A stretch of DNA of 15,565 bases, taken from a virus (taxonomy: Duplodnaviria; Heunggongvirae; Uroviricota; Caudoviricetes). Below, one piece after another: positions 1 to 8,200 of the stretch. Numbering within the stretch: position 1 is the first letter of the stretch; each line of letters starts with the position of its first letter. The stretch is taken from IMG/VR virus record IMGVR_UViG_2667527717_000002; one strand, given 5' to 3'. Position numbers and translations under genes: made by a program. Under the pieces are notes generated by a model. It was not told where the DNA came from and made no database searches. It saw only the letters and a program-made list of their open reading frames with translations.

Positions 1-349
1 ATAAACTCACTACAACGCACCTGAAACCTCTTGCTATATATATGTCAACCGTTTGAATTTAAAATAAAAAGAGTATCATTTTTACTTGCATTTCTTATCA
101 AGTCACATTCAACAACAGTAAAAAAACATTATTAGAACCATTCAATTAACAAAAAACCAACATCCAGCTTGCTTAATTTTTCTTTATTAAACGATATTGA
201 AAATCAATTGATAAAATACATCTAAACAACCTTTTTGGGCGCAAAAGCATAACATCAAACAAACAAATAACACACCGAAAAAACTCACAATTAATAACCT
301 ATGATATACATACTGTTTATTATGGTTGAATAAGCCACTCGATATCTGG
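1..349. other. AT-rich non-coding tract at the distal end of the tail-fibre module, with A-runs and no ORF of 60 aa or more on either strand
   Basis: Read directly: visibly low GC compared with the tail genes, several oligo-A tracts, no ORF in the supplied six-frame track. Function unknown; could be a prophage boundary or regulatory DNA. Confidence 0.4.
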
Positions 350-449
350 TGCTACGGAAGTGTCCACACGGTTTAGCAGCACCCGATACTTTTTCCAGGC
401 TTCCAGCAACGAGTTTTCTTCCTCCGTTGCATATACAGCTCACCTTTTT

Positions 450-743
450 TCACCCACGATTAACCAACAGCCAGACCAGCAGACACGCCACCACCGGCAC
501 AGCAAAATCCATCAGGCTTGCCACATCCCATGCACGTGTATCAAAACCGCCCCACCACGGCATATTCATTCGCTTGCCATGCCCGAACATTTCGATCCAG
601 CGATATTCTGCCTGGGTGTGTTCACGCGCAATGAAGAACGTACAACCGGCTATCGCCCCGTAAGCCCAGTTCCCGGTAAAAAGACCAATCAGTAGCTGCG
701 CAGCCACAGCACAAAGCGCATGAAGGAAAGGTGTTATATCCAT
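450..743 (-). CDS. Small predicted integral membrane protein, about 97 aa with three hydrophobic segments; function unknown, possibly a prophage accessory (moron) gene
   Basis: ORF 450..758 in the track begins at a TTG; I prefer the ATG at 743 (MDITPFLHAL...), which has an AGGA 5 nt upstream, with the ATG at 749 as an alternative. Hydrophobic stretches ITPFLHALCAVAAQLLIGLF, WAYGAIAGCTFFIA and AVPVVACLLVWLLV flank a Trp-rich loop (MPWWGGFD). I do not recognise the family. Confidence 0.5.
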   Translation of the reverse strand: MDITPFLHALCAVAAQLLIGLFTGNWAYGAIAGCTFFIAREHTQAEYRWIEMFGHGKRMNMPWWGGFDTRAWDVASLMDFAVPVVACLLVWLLVNRG

Positions 744-756
744 TTTCATCCTACCC

Positions 757-779
757 AATAAAACGGGGCGCTCGGCCCC
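757..779 (-). terminator. Candidate intrinsic terminator after the 346-aa gene
   Basis: Five-bp GC stem (765-769 ggggc pairs with 775-779 gcccc), 5-nt loop, followed on the minus strand by GUUUUAUU; starts 6 nt after the TAA stop at 786-788. Confidence 0.4.
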
Positions 780-785
780 TTAATA

Positions 786-1826
786 TTATTTAGACGCAAG
801 CGCCGCATCAATTGCAGATAATCTTTGTCTTAATTCTGCGTTTTCTTCTTCCAGTGCTGTTATTCTGTCGTCTGACTCTCTGGCTACCTGAACAAGCAAG
901 CCAGTAACACCAGAATAATCAACTGTGTAATAACGTTCACCTTCTTCACCTTCCGATCCGCTTGCACCGTCCTGATATTTCATTGCGGAACCTACAACTT
1001 CTGGGATTGCTTCCAGAGCTTCCTGTGCAATGACTCCAGCATAGGGCATACCGTTTTCTTTAAGCGTGTATGTATAGCCGTTCATTTTACGGATGCGGTC
1101 GGTTGCATTATCGATCACCTGAATGTTGTCTTTCAGATCCCGGTCGGAATGCTGGTTAAATGCGGTGGCATGACATGCACCATTAACGCTTAACATATAG
1201 GTGTTATCGGTATTTTTCTGCGCATAGAACATATAAGCGCCACCATCAGCACCAACTTCATATACAACCGGACGGGTAGAGTTACCCCACAAACTAGTAG
1301 TAGCGCCAGAATGAGCGGTTCCCTGTGTGTTGATTGTCATGGTTGACCCATGATTGGCATATTTGATTTGTAATGTGTCTGTGCAGTCAAACTTAATAAG
1401 CGCGTTACTTCCCCGCACACCATACGACATGAGACAGTTCCCCATCTTAAGGTAACCATCACTGCCTGGAAAAATTAATGTTCCGCCGTAAAGATCGCTA
1501 AAATCCCAAAAGATACCTTTTGTTCCATTGTGTGTGACAATCCTTGTCATTGTATCTTTTGTACCGTCAATATTTTTTCTGGTGTACATCTCACTATAAG
1601 CGTTTTCGGTTTCTCCTGTCTTATTTGACAAGTGAATCTTACCGCTAAATATAGTTCCAGTGGTCGGCAATGTCTTTTGATTATAGATTACATTGCAATA
1701 ACTATTCCATGTTGTTTTATTGTCTACATATGATTTTGTTGCGTAGCTTCCTTGATCGTTTTTTAATTTGCTAACGTCGGATTTTAGCGTTTTGATATCA
1801 TCAGGAATTACTGTCGATGTAGCCAT
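786..1826 (-). CDS. Tail fibre or tailspike-like protein with a C-terminal intramolecular chaperone, self-cleaving domain (peptidase S74-like)
   Basis: 346-aa ORF, ATG at 1824-1826 with GAGGA 7 nt upstream. The C-terminal ~110 aa (HSDRDLKDNIQVIDNATDRIRKMNGYTYTLKENG...YAGVIAQEALEAIPEVV...YTVDYSGVTGLLVQVARESDDRITALEEENAELRQRLSAIDAAL) fit the pattern I know from the self-cleaving chaperone domain of endosialidase and other phage fibres. N-terminal ~35 aa are coiled-coil-like; the middle is Gly/Thr/Asn-rich. Lower GC than the lambda-like genes. Confidence 0.75.
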   Translation of the reverse strand: MATSTVIPDDIKTLKSDVSKLKNDQGSYATKSYVDNKTTWNSYCNVIYNQKTLPTTGTIFSGKIHLSNKTGETENAYSEMYTRKNIDGTKDTMTRIVTHNGTKGIFWDFSDLYGGTLIFPGSDGYLKMGNCLMSYGVRGSNALIKFDCTDTLQIKYANHGSTMTINTQGTAHSGATTSLWGNSTRPVVYEVGADGGAYMFYAQKNTDNTYMLSVNGACHATAFNQHSDRDLKDNIQVIDNATDRIRKMNGYTYTLKENGMPYAGVIAQEALEAIPEVVGSAMKYQDGASGSEGEEGERYYTVDYSGVTGLLVQVARESDDRITALEEENAELRQRLSAIDAALASK

Positions 1827-1835
1827 TTTTCTTCC

Positions 1836-2117
1836 TCACATCCAGCCACGAAGTTGATGCTCAACAGCAACCGCGTATTCATCGAATAATGACGATATTT
1901 GCGAATCATTAATGATGCGCACGTTTACAAAATATCCGTCCTCCTTAACACATACCGGCTCGCCATCTTCAGTAAGTTCTCCGGTTTCTTTGTACACATT
2001 ACCTATCACGTCAATAAGAATATCATCCTGCATCGACTCGTCATCATAATAGCCAATACTCTCCATAAAGGCCGAAAAGTCGGCCCTGTCGGCAAATTTG
2101 AGTGTTAAATCTTTCAT
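1836..2117 (-). CDS. Hypothetical small acidic protein (93 aa), translationally coupled to the fibre gene; candidate fibre assembly or adaptor factor
   Basis: ATG at 2115-2117 shares one base with the stf TAA stop (TAATG); GGGGGAG 8 nt upstream; its stop at 1836-1838 lies 9 nt before the next gene's ATG. Sits where lambda has tfa but is shorter and I see no similarity to Tfa. Confidence 0.6.
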   Translation of the reverse strand: MKDLTLKFADRADFSAFMESIGYYDDESMQDDILIDVIGNVYKETGELTEDGEPVCVKEDGYFVNVRIINDSQISSLFDEYAVAVEHQLRGWM

Positions 2118-4495
2118 TAGATTGACTCCCCCATCTGAGCATCAGTCAATGCCTTGTGCCATATTCTGAAATTCCTGACATGACCAAATAAATGACGCAA
2201 CCCAGCTGTAGTCTGGCCTCCAATACGGATAATTGCGGTGTTCTGAATATAGGACCATGTGGCTTTCTTTTCGCTGGATATACGCCCGTTACTTACTGAG
2301 CACGTAGACTGATCTGACTTTACACGCATCCCCATAACCATTTTTTCAAGCGATGCGTTTTCGTTTACCCGTCTGTTAGCCAAACCTATATCGCAATAAG
2401 GAAATCCGTCGTAATCTGTTGAACGACCGAAGCCAAGAATAATAGCCGCTCCGGTTTGATGACCGCCGGTATCAAAAACACGCGGTGCTGCATTTGGCGT
2501 TTTATACCAGTTCTTATGTACCTCACAAAGAACTGTAAAAGGAAGATTATAAAGGTTATTCTTGATTGAGACTGTCACCATATCGCTTGCGCGAGTGCTT
2601 GCAATTATATCAGTTACAATAAATGACGAAGCACTTGATCCACCTTCCACTTGTGGAGTTGCGATATCCAGATAGTCTCCAGATGCTGTGCCTGAACCTT
2701 TTACTGGAGCATATTGAACCATCGCACCAATCATGCTCTCTGTATCTAGTGCATTAATTGTAGCCTGATAGAAAATCCAACCAGTAGCCTCATCTTTTAC
2801 AGCCTTTGCAATAATACGATTTGCTGCACCACCAGTCTTATCAATTACAAGTGTTGATAAATTGAGGTAAGCATCTCCCAAAAAAGTGTAAGTAGAACCA
2901 TCATGATGTTCAAATCTTAAACGACACCTTATATTTTCAACATCACTTCTGACACGGCATGAAATGGTCACATATTTTTCATCACCTGTGACATCAAATC
3001 CTTTACTGCCAGAAACCGTTACGATATTAATCGCACTTGTCTGATCAATAAGAGTATCTTTTACAGTAAATCTCCCATAAGTAAAATTAAAAGAATCCGT
3101 GGATATTTCTGTGAGTTCCAGATTGCCTGACTTATTCCATTTAGATGGATTTGTTGAATTAAGCAGAAGATTAGTTCTTTGCCCCTCAATAAGCAGGCCA
3201 TCACGTTCAAATCGCGGCTCGTCAATGGCAGCCTCTGTCAGTACACCAGATTTATTAATATAGGTTGCTTTCGATGCGCGTTTAAACTTAACAACCTTGT
3301 CACCAGGCATCGTTATTTCATCATCACCAATAACAATCTTTTTATATGATGGCGAAAAGCCCGTAATCATATCCAGTGAATCGTTAAACGGTATCCACAC
3401 ATCGGGAAGCGGCTGCAAAACTTGTTTATACGGCTCCGCAGCCTGGCTTGCATACTCTCTGGCTGCGTCTTCACTTGCTTTTGCAGCCGTCTGGCTTGCA
3501 GCGGATGCTTTCGCCGAGTTAGCCGCCGCAGTCTCGCTCGCCTTTGCGTTGGTTTCACTGGTTTTTGCAGCTTTTTGACTGTTGGCTGATGCAGTGGCAG
3601 AAGAAGCCGCCGCACTTGCAGAACCAGCTGCGGCACTCTCGCTTTGGGCTGCAGCATCCTGACTGTTTTTCGCCGCAGTTTCACTGGCTTTGGCATTCGT
3701 TTCGCTGGTCTTCGCTGCCGTCTGGCTGGACTTTGCGTTAGTTTCACTCGTCTTCGCAGCTTTCTGGCTGTTAGCCGCAGCAGTTGCTGATCCAGCTGCT
3801 GAAGTCGCAGAACCGGCTGCCGCGCTCTCGCTTTGGGCTGCTGCAACCTGGCTGTTTTTTGCCGCAGTTTCACTGGCTTTGGCATTCGTTTCGCTGGTCT
3901 TCGCTGCCGTCTGGCTGGACTTTGCGTTGGTTTCGCTCGTCTTTGCGGCTGTCTCGCTATTTTTCGCGTTGGTTTCTGATTTTTTGGCTGCTGCCGCGGA
4001 GTTTGCTGATGCAGTCTGTGAGGTCGCTGCCGCCTGTGCACTATTAGCTGCATTCGTTTCTGAGGTTTTCGCCGCGTTCTTCGATGATGCCGCTGCAGTT
4101 TCGGATTTCTTTGCCGCCGCTGCGCTCTGAGAGGCGGCTTCAGCGTTGCGTGCCGCTTCTTCCACCATTTCCTCAAAACGACGCAATGCCTCCGGCATGA
4201 CATCATCTTCCGTCATGGCACCGAGAAAATCATTCAGCGTACCTGGTCTGGAACCTTCATAGACGGTAATGGTCCCGGCATGCGAAGGCGGAAAACCTTC
4301 AACCAGCAGGGTGACGCTGTACTGGCCATACTCAACATCCATGCTGTAACGCCCGGCTTCATCAGGATTTTCAGAGGCCACCGTGTTCACCAGTACCGTG
4401 GTGCTGTTACGCTTTGCCTTCAGTTGAATAGTGCAGTTCTGTATTGGTTTTCCCGCACCATCTTTCAGCACACCTGAGATTTTTACTGCTGCCAT
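2117..4495 (-). CDS. stf: Side tail fibre protein (Stf-like): lambda-like N-terminus, Ala/Ser/Thr-rich repeat shaft, and a divergent C-terminal domain predicted to be lectin-like
   Basis: N-terminus MAAVKISGVLKDGAGKPIQNCTIQLKAKRNSTTV...GRYSMDVEYGQYSVTLLVEGFPPSHAGTITVYEGSRPGTLNDFL matches my recollection of lambda Stf. Start taken as the ATG at 4495 (GGAG 5-6 nt upstream) rather than the GTG at 4501. The C-terminal ~450 aa are unlike lambda Stf and end in ...GLRHLFGHVRNFRIWHKALTDAQM, reminiscent of concanavalin-A-like (LamG-like) lectin domains; that fold assignment is inference. Confidence 0.85.
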   Translation of the reverse strand: MAAVKISGVLKDGAGKPIQNCTIQLKAKRNSTTVLVNTVASENPDEAGRYSMDVEYGQYSVTLLVEGFPPSHAGTITVYEGSRPGTLNDFLGAMTEDDVMPEALRRFEEMVEEAARNAEAASQSAAAAKKSETAAASSKNAAKTSETNAANSAQAAATSQTASANSAAAAKKSETNAKNSETAAKTSETNAKSSQTAAKTSETNAKASETAAKNSQVAAAQSESAAAGSATSAAGSATAAANSQKAAKTSETNAKSSQTAAKTSETNAKASETAAKNSQDAAAQSESAAAGSASAAASSATASANSQKAAKTSETNAKASETAAANSAKASAASQTAAKASEDAAREYASQAAEPYKQVLQPLPDVWIPFNDSLDMITGFSPSYKKIVIGDDEITMPGDKVVKFKRASKATYINKSGVLTEAAIDEPRFERDGLLIEGQRTNLLLNSTNPSKWNKSGNLELTEISTDSFNFTYGRFTVKDTLIDQTSAINIVTVSGSKGFDVTGDEKYVTISCRVRSDVENIRCRLRFEHHDGSTYTFLGDAYLNLSTLVIDKTGGAANRIIAKAVKDEATGWIFYQATINALDTESMIGAMVQYAPVKGSGTASGDYLDIATPQVEGGSSASSFIVTDIIASTRASDMVTVSIKNNLYNLPFTVLCEVHKNWYKTPNAAPRVFDTGGHQTGAAIILGFGRSTDYDGFPYCDIGLANRRVNENASLEKMVMGMRVKSDQSTCSVSNGRISSEKKATWSYIQNTAIIRIGGQTTAGLRHLFGHVRNFRIWHKALTDAQMGESI
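3480..4120 (-). repeat. In-frame tandem repeat inside stf with a 189-bp (63-aa) unit: two near-identical copies plus degenerate flanking copies
   Basis: Read directly: gccgcagtttcactggctttggcattcgtttcgctggtcttcgctgccgtctggctggactttgcgtt occurs at 3672 and 3861; gaacc(a/g)gctgc...ctctcgctttgggctgc occurs at 3621 and 3810. Protein level: AAKTSETNAKSSQTAAKTSETNAKASETAAKNSQ(V/D)AAAQSESAAAGSA... twice. Confidence 0.85.
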
Positions 4496-4504
4496 ATCCA
4501 CTCC

Positions 4505-4533
4505 ACAAAAAAGCCCGCCTGAACCGGCGGGCT
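4505..4533 (-). terminator. Intrinsic terminator downstream of lom
   Basis: Eight-bp GC-rich stem (4512-4519 agcccgcc pairs with 4526-4533 ggcgggct), 6-nt loop, followed on the minus strand by UUUUUU (plus 4507-4512 aaaaaa); about 27 nt after the lom stop. Confidence 0.65.
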
Positions 4534-4559
4534 GTCATAACACTGTGTTACCTGGCTAA

Positions 4560-5159
4560 TCAGAATTTATAACCGACACCCACGATGAAACCGTCAGTGC
4601 GCCAGTCACCACTGCCGGAACCTTCATAAGCAAGGTCAATGGCCACGGATTCGGTCGGGTTAAACTGCACGCCAGCCCCCCACGCCAGAGACGTGTTGCT
4701 GTGGCGACCGTCATCACTTCCGGTCAGCACATCGTGCGTTTTCCCCTTGTTGTCAGTTACGCGGAGATAATCCCCGGAGAAGGTCGACACACGGCTGTAA
4801 GCCATACCCGCCATCGCATAAGCACTGAACCATTCATTCACGCGTACAGATGGCCCCGCCATCATGCTGAACCAGCGGTTACGCACTGAATCTTCATGCC
4901 AGCGGGTATCGCTGTAATGCGTTTTTTGCTCATCTTTGGCATTGGCATAACTGAATGACGTCACCAGCCCCAGCGTGTCCGTAAATTCATAACGGTATTT
5001 CACGTTAATGCCCTTCAGGTCATCACTGCCTGGCATATCAGTATGGGTCTGAAGATACCCGGCGCTTAGTGTGGACTGATGCTCTGCTGCGCTCGCTGGC
5101 GTACCAGCGGCAACCAGCCAGACTACTGCGGACAGAATAACAGCACATAATTTACGCAT
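4560..5159 (-). CDS. lom: Lom, an Ail/Lom-family outer-membrane beta-barrel protein (prophage accessory gene)
   Basis: 199 aa with an N-terminal signal peptide (MRKLCAVILSAVVWLVAAGTPASA) and C-terminal ...AYEGSGSGDWRTDGFIVGVGYKF, matching my recollection of lambda Lom; GAGAGG 4-5 nt upstream. Confidence 0.9.
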   Translation of the reverse strand: MRKLCAVILSAVVWLVAAGTPASAAEHQSTLSAGYLQTHTDMPGSDDLKGINVKYRYEFTDTLGLVTSFSYANAKDEQKTHYSDTRWHEDSVRNRWFSMMAGPSVRVNEWFSAYAMAGMAYSRVSTFSGDYLRVTDNKGKTHDVLTGSDDGRHSNTSLAWGAGVQFNPTESVAIDLAYEGSGSGDWRTDGFIVGVGYKF

Positions 5160-5183
5160 AATTACCTCTCGCTTTTCTGCAAT

Positions 5184-5207
5184 AAAAAAGGCGTCATTTC
5201 TGACGCC
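5184..5207 (-). terminator. Intrinsic terminator downstream of J
   Basis: Seven-bp stem (5190-5196 ggcgtca pairs with 5201-5207 tgacgcc), 4-nt loop, followed on the minus strand by UUUUUUAUU (plus 5184-5189 aaaaaa). Confidence 0.65.
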
Positions 5208-5226
5208 CGTATTGAGGTTATAAAAT

Positions 5227-8200
5227 TCAGCTGATACTGATGCCTGCGGTGGCTTTCTTCATCACCACAACCAGCAAATCGCTGATACTTGCTGTGGGAT
5301 ACCAGTCATTTACCAGCCATGCTGACACCGAAAACTCCAGCGTCATGTGACCGTGACCGGCAGGCATATCAATAACGCCACTGTAAATCAGCGTATTATC
5401 CAGCGCGGTACGGTTATAAATTTCAGCACCGTTTTTCCGCACTATCAGACGGCATGAGGAGTAAATATCAGTATGCTCTCTCTCATGTTTAGCGCCGCTG
5501 AATGCCACCGCCGGAATAACAATCTGCCGGTCAAACGGCTGATCGTCATAAACCCTGACGGTAATGGTCCCTGATGGCCACCGTTCCGGTGCACGGGAGT
5601 CCCGGGGGAAAGCTTTGCCCACTGTTTTAACGAGATCGCCTTCAATCTGGTTCGCGGACAGTTTTCCCAGAACCCGGCAGTTCTCGTTAATCGTGACGTT
5701 GTTGAGCGTCCCGGAGTTCGCATTCACGTTACCGCTGATATCGGCATTTTTCGCCGTCAGCCGCCCGTCCGGTGTCAGGGAAAATGCCGGAGGATTACCG
5801 CCGCTGGTAATGGTGGGAGCCGTCAGATATTTCAGGAACACTTCGTTCATGAATATCTGATCGCCCTGACCAACAAACATCGGCTTTGTGTTGCCATTCG
5901 CAGGATTAACCATCGCAATCCTGTCCGCCGCCAGCAGCACCTGACTCTGCATGCCGTCAGGGGTGTTCTCAATACCGGCACCAATACCCGCGATATAAAG
6001 GCGTCCGTCCTGCATCTGCTGCAGCTTCACAGCCCACATGCTGTTCAGGTTATTATTTGTATCAACCTGAACCTTCTGTATCTGCTGAATTGCCGCACTC
6101 TGGTCTTCCAGTTTCTTATTGACGGTCTGCGTGATTTCATTGCTGACATCCGTAATGGACGTCCTGATTTCAGCCAGGTCAGGCGCAAGCTGACCGTTAT
6201 CAATCTGCGTCCACAGCTCCTGAGCCAGATGGCTTTTCCCTATCTCGCCTTTGAAAAAATCCAGATAGCCGGATGCATCATCACTCGGCTGGCCAACAGC
6301 CTCCACAAATGCCGATTTGCCAACGGTGTTCACACTGCGGATGTAAAAATAATAATCATGGCCCGGTTTGATATTGATACTGGCGGCTATCCAGTACAGC
6401 GCCGTGCCAAGATAGCGGGCTGTGGTTTCAACCTGCCTGATATCGGTAATCCGCGTTTCCGAGAACCAGAACTCAAACTGTACCGTCGGATCATAAACCG
6501 CAAGATGCGGCGTGGCAGTTATCTGAAAATAGCCCGGCGTCAGCTCAATCCGCGACGGCGCTGCCGGTGCGGCAATCCGGAACGATACCGATGCCGGATC
6601 GCCCTGCTGTCCCCACGCATTTACCGCCCGGACCGTCAGCGTGTAACGCCCCAGCGCCAGTTGCCTGAAGCGGTATGTGGTTTCCGTCGTCCTGGCCGTG
6701 CTGACCAGCCGCTCACTGCCGTCGTCCGCTGCCACGGTCAGGCGAAGCAGGAAGCTCACGCCCTTCACCACCTTCGGCGTGTCCCAGCGGGCCAGTACCT
6801 GATACTCCCCGCTGTCTGCAGTGACTTCGGCAGTCAGGTGCTGCACCGCTGGCGGCGTGACACCATTCACCGTGCCGCTCTGGTCACCGTCAAAGTGCGC
6901 CCCGTTATCCACGATGGCTTCTTTCTCCGGTACATGCTGCACGGCAGTGATGGCATACGTGCCGTCGTCGTTCTCACGGATACTCACACAGCGGAACAGT
7001 CGCTGACGCAGCGTCGGCAGCTTCAGCCCCCATACGCTGTATTCAGCAACACCGTCAGGAACACGGCTCACTTTTACCTTCACGCCGTCGGTGACGGACT
7101 GAACCTCCACGCTGACCGGATTGCCACTTCCGTCAACCAGGCTTATCAGCGTGGTACCGGAGGATGGCAGCGTGATTTCACGGTCGAGCGTCAGCGTCCG
7201 GGTCTGGCTGTTTACCGCCAGCACGCGCCCGCCGGTGCTGATACCGGCATAGTCATCATCGCAGATTTCAATGACATCGCCCGGTACATGGCGAAGCCCT
7301 TCTGCACCCACGCTGAAGTCCACGGTCTGCGTTTCCAGCAGTTCCGTTTTAATCAGCCACAGCCCGGCGCGGTGCGCCTGCCCCCGGCTGGTACAGCCAA
7401 AGGCATCCATCTTCGTGACATTACGACCGTAACGGGCAATGGCCTGCGTATCTTCAACAAGCTCTGTCGCCGTCTCCCAGCCGTTGTTCGGGTCAATCCA
7501 GTTCACCTCAACGGCATTATGGCGGTCCTTCAGGGCGCTGAAGCTGTAGCGGAACGGCGCGCCATCATCCGGCATCACCACATTACTGCGGTTATAGGTC
7601 CACACCTTATCTGATGGTCGGTCCTGCACGAACGTCAGCGTCTGCCCGTTCCATACCGGCATACAGCGCATCGCCGAGCAGAAATCACTGAGCACATCCC
7701 ACGCCTTACGCTGCGTGGTCAGGTAGGCATTACAGGTGATGCGCGGCTCCGTGCCGCCAAAACCGTCCGGCACTGACTGGTCGCAGTACTGGCCGATGAC
7801 ATACAGCGCCCATTTATCCACATCCGCCGCACAAAGACGTTTCCCCATGCCGTAGCGCGGGTGGGTCAGCATATCCCACAGACACCAGGCCGGGTTGTTG
7901 CTGTATGCCGGCTTAAACGTTCCGTCCCAGATACCGCTGTATTGCCGCGTCTGCGGGTTATAGTTCGACGGCACCTGCAGAATGCGCCCGCGAAGATGAT
8001 AATTACGGCTCACCTGCTGGCTGCCGAACTGCTCCGAGTCCACCTGCACGCCGACCAGTGCCGTGTTCGGGTAGCACTGTTTCACATCGATGATTTCGGT
8101 GTATGACGACCAGAGCGTTTTGTTCTGCAGCTGGTCTGTGGTGCTGTCCGGCGTCATCCTGCGCATCCGGATATTAAACGGGCGCGGCGGCAGGCTACCC

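Noticed and set aside
160-200. Lambda attP-like core (GCTTTTTTATACTAA) in the AT-rich region
   Set aside because: The nearest sequence, gcttgcttaatttttctttattaaa, is only a loose resemblance that any AT-rich DNA would give.
349-695. Two overlapping plus-strand ORFs (104 and 111 aa) at the left end
   Set aside because: Both are antisense to the small membrane protein gene and are Ser/Thr/His/Pro-rich with no convincing start context; the minus-strand membrane protein is the better model.
3480-4120. Possible CRISPR array suggested by the regular repeats
   Set aside because: The repeats are 189 bp, directly abutting, in-frame and protein-coding, with no short repeat and unique spacer architecture.
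3367-4206. 279-aa Arg/Gln/Lys-rich ORF on the minus strand and several plus-strand ORFs (3297..3578, 3690..4130, 3784..4047) in the stf repeat region
   Set aside because: These are alternative-frame readings of the 189-bp tandem repeats; the stf frame is the one continuous with the lambda-like N-terminus and the C-terminal domain.
1-4495. Diversity-generating retroelement acting on the lectin-like fibre tip
   Set aside because: No reverse transcriptase ORF and no template-repeat copy of the stf 3' end is present in the window, so there is no support.
6229-7614. 461-aa ORF on the plus strand, antisense to J
   Set aside because: It lies entirely inside the well-supported J gene on the opposite strand, and the protein is Arg/Pro/Gly-rich low-complexity as expected from reading GC-rich coding DNA in reverse; no ribosome-binding site or recognisable domain. 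The other plus-strand ORFs inside H, L, K, I and V (for example 10078..10878, 11499..12017, 11963..12493, 12533..13111, 14526..14936) are rejected for the same reason.
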